Below, in pieces: positions 63,759 through 64,000 of a stretch of 64,000 nt of DNA; within the stretch, counting starts at the first letter, position 1, and every line of letters begins with the position of its first letter. The notes below the pieces were generated by a model that was not told the origin of the DNA, ran no database searches, and saw only the letters and a list, made by a program, of their open reading frames with translations. The stretch comes from Antedon mediterranea (taxonomy: Eukaryota > Animalia > Echinodermata). Location: NCBI RefSeq assembly GCF_964355755.1, contig NC_092678.1, positions 16,535,881 to 16,599,880 of the forward strand, in the 5' to 3' direction. The position numbers and the translations under genes are program-made.

Positions 63759-64000
63759 ATTTAAAAAAACAATTATCCTTAGTTATGTATAGAAACAGGT
63801 TCTAAGATAACATAAATAATACATTTTGACATAACTTGACCCAACAAATGACCGTTTCACAAGGTCAGACATTTTCTGGGATTCAGTAGATAAGTAAATT
63901 TGGGAAAAGGTAGTAAAGCTATGTAATCAATTGTTTGTATTCATGAAACCCCATATTAAAAATATTGTACTTAGTTACGTATAGAAACAGTTGCTACAAT

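Overview
AT-rich, intron-rich animal genomic DNA, most likely a marine invertebrate (the H2B 'ISSRAM' variant and H4->H2B order suggest an echinoderm; inference). Left half: two head-to-tail minus-strand paralogues of an uncharacterised secreted protein. Copy B is complete (17 exons, 14623-35108, ~1097 aa): signal peptide, six-bladed YWTD beta-propeller with no EGF, probable beta-sandwich region, non-canonical C-type lectin, Cys-rich module, and an unnamed C-terminal domain ending KKDCC. Copy A shows only exons 1-3 and runs off the left edge. Copy B looks chimeric, carries an extra in-frame remnant of exon 2, and the paralogues differ by clustered amino-acid changes in propeller loops. Middle: orphan histone H4 and H2B pseudogenes and a deeply nested transposon stack (Academ-like, Harbinger, LINE, MITE, and a 6-kb EnSpm-like element with two satellite arrays). 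Right: the first five coding exons of a DEG/ENaC (ASIC-like) channel gene. Also present: Harbinger, Kolobok, Helitron, Helentron-like and LINE fragments, a TIR element carrying a tRNA-like gene, and 23-, 63-, 72- and 102-bp tandem repeats. All exon calls and translations were done by hand from GT/AG sites and phase continuity; no database searches were run.
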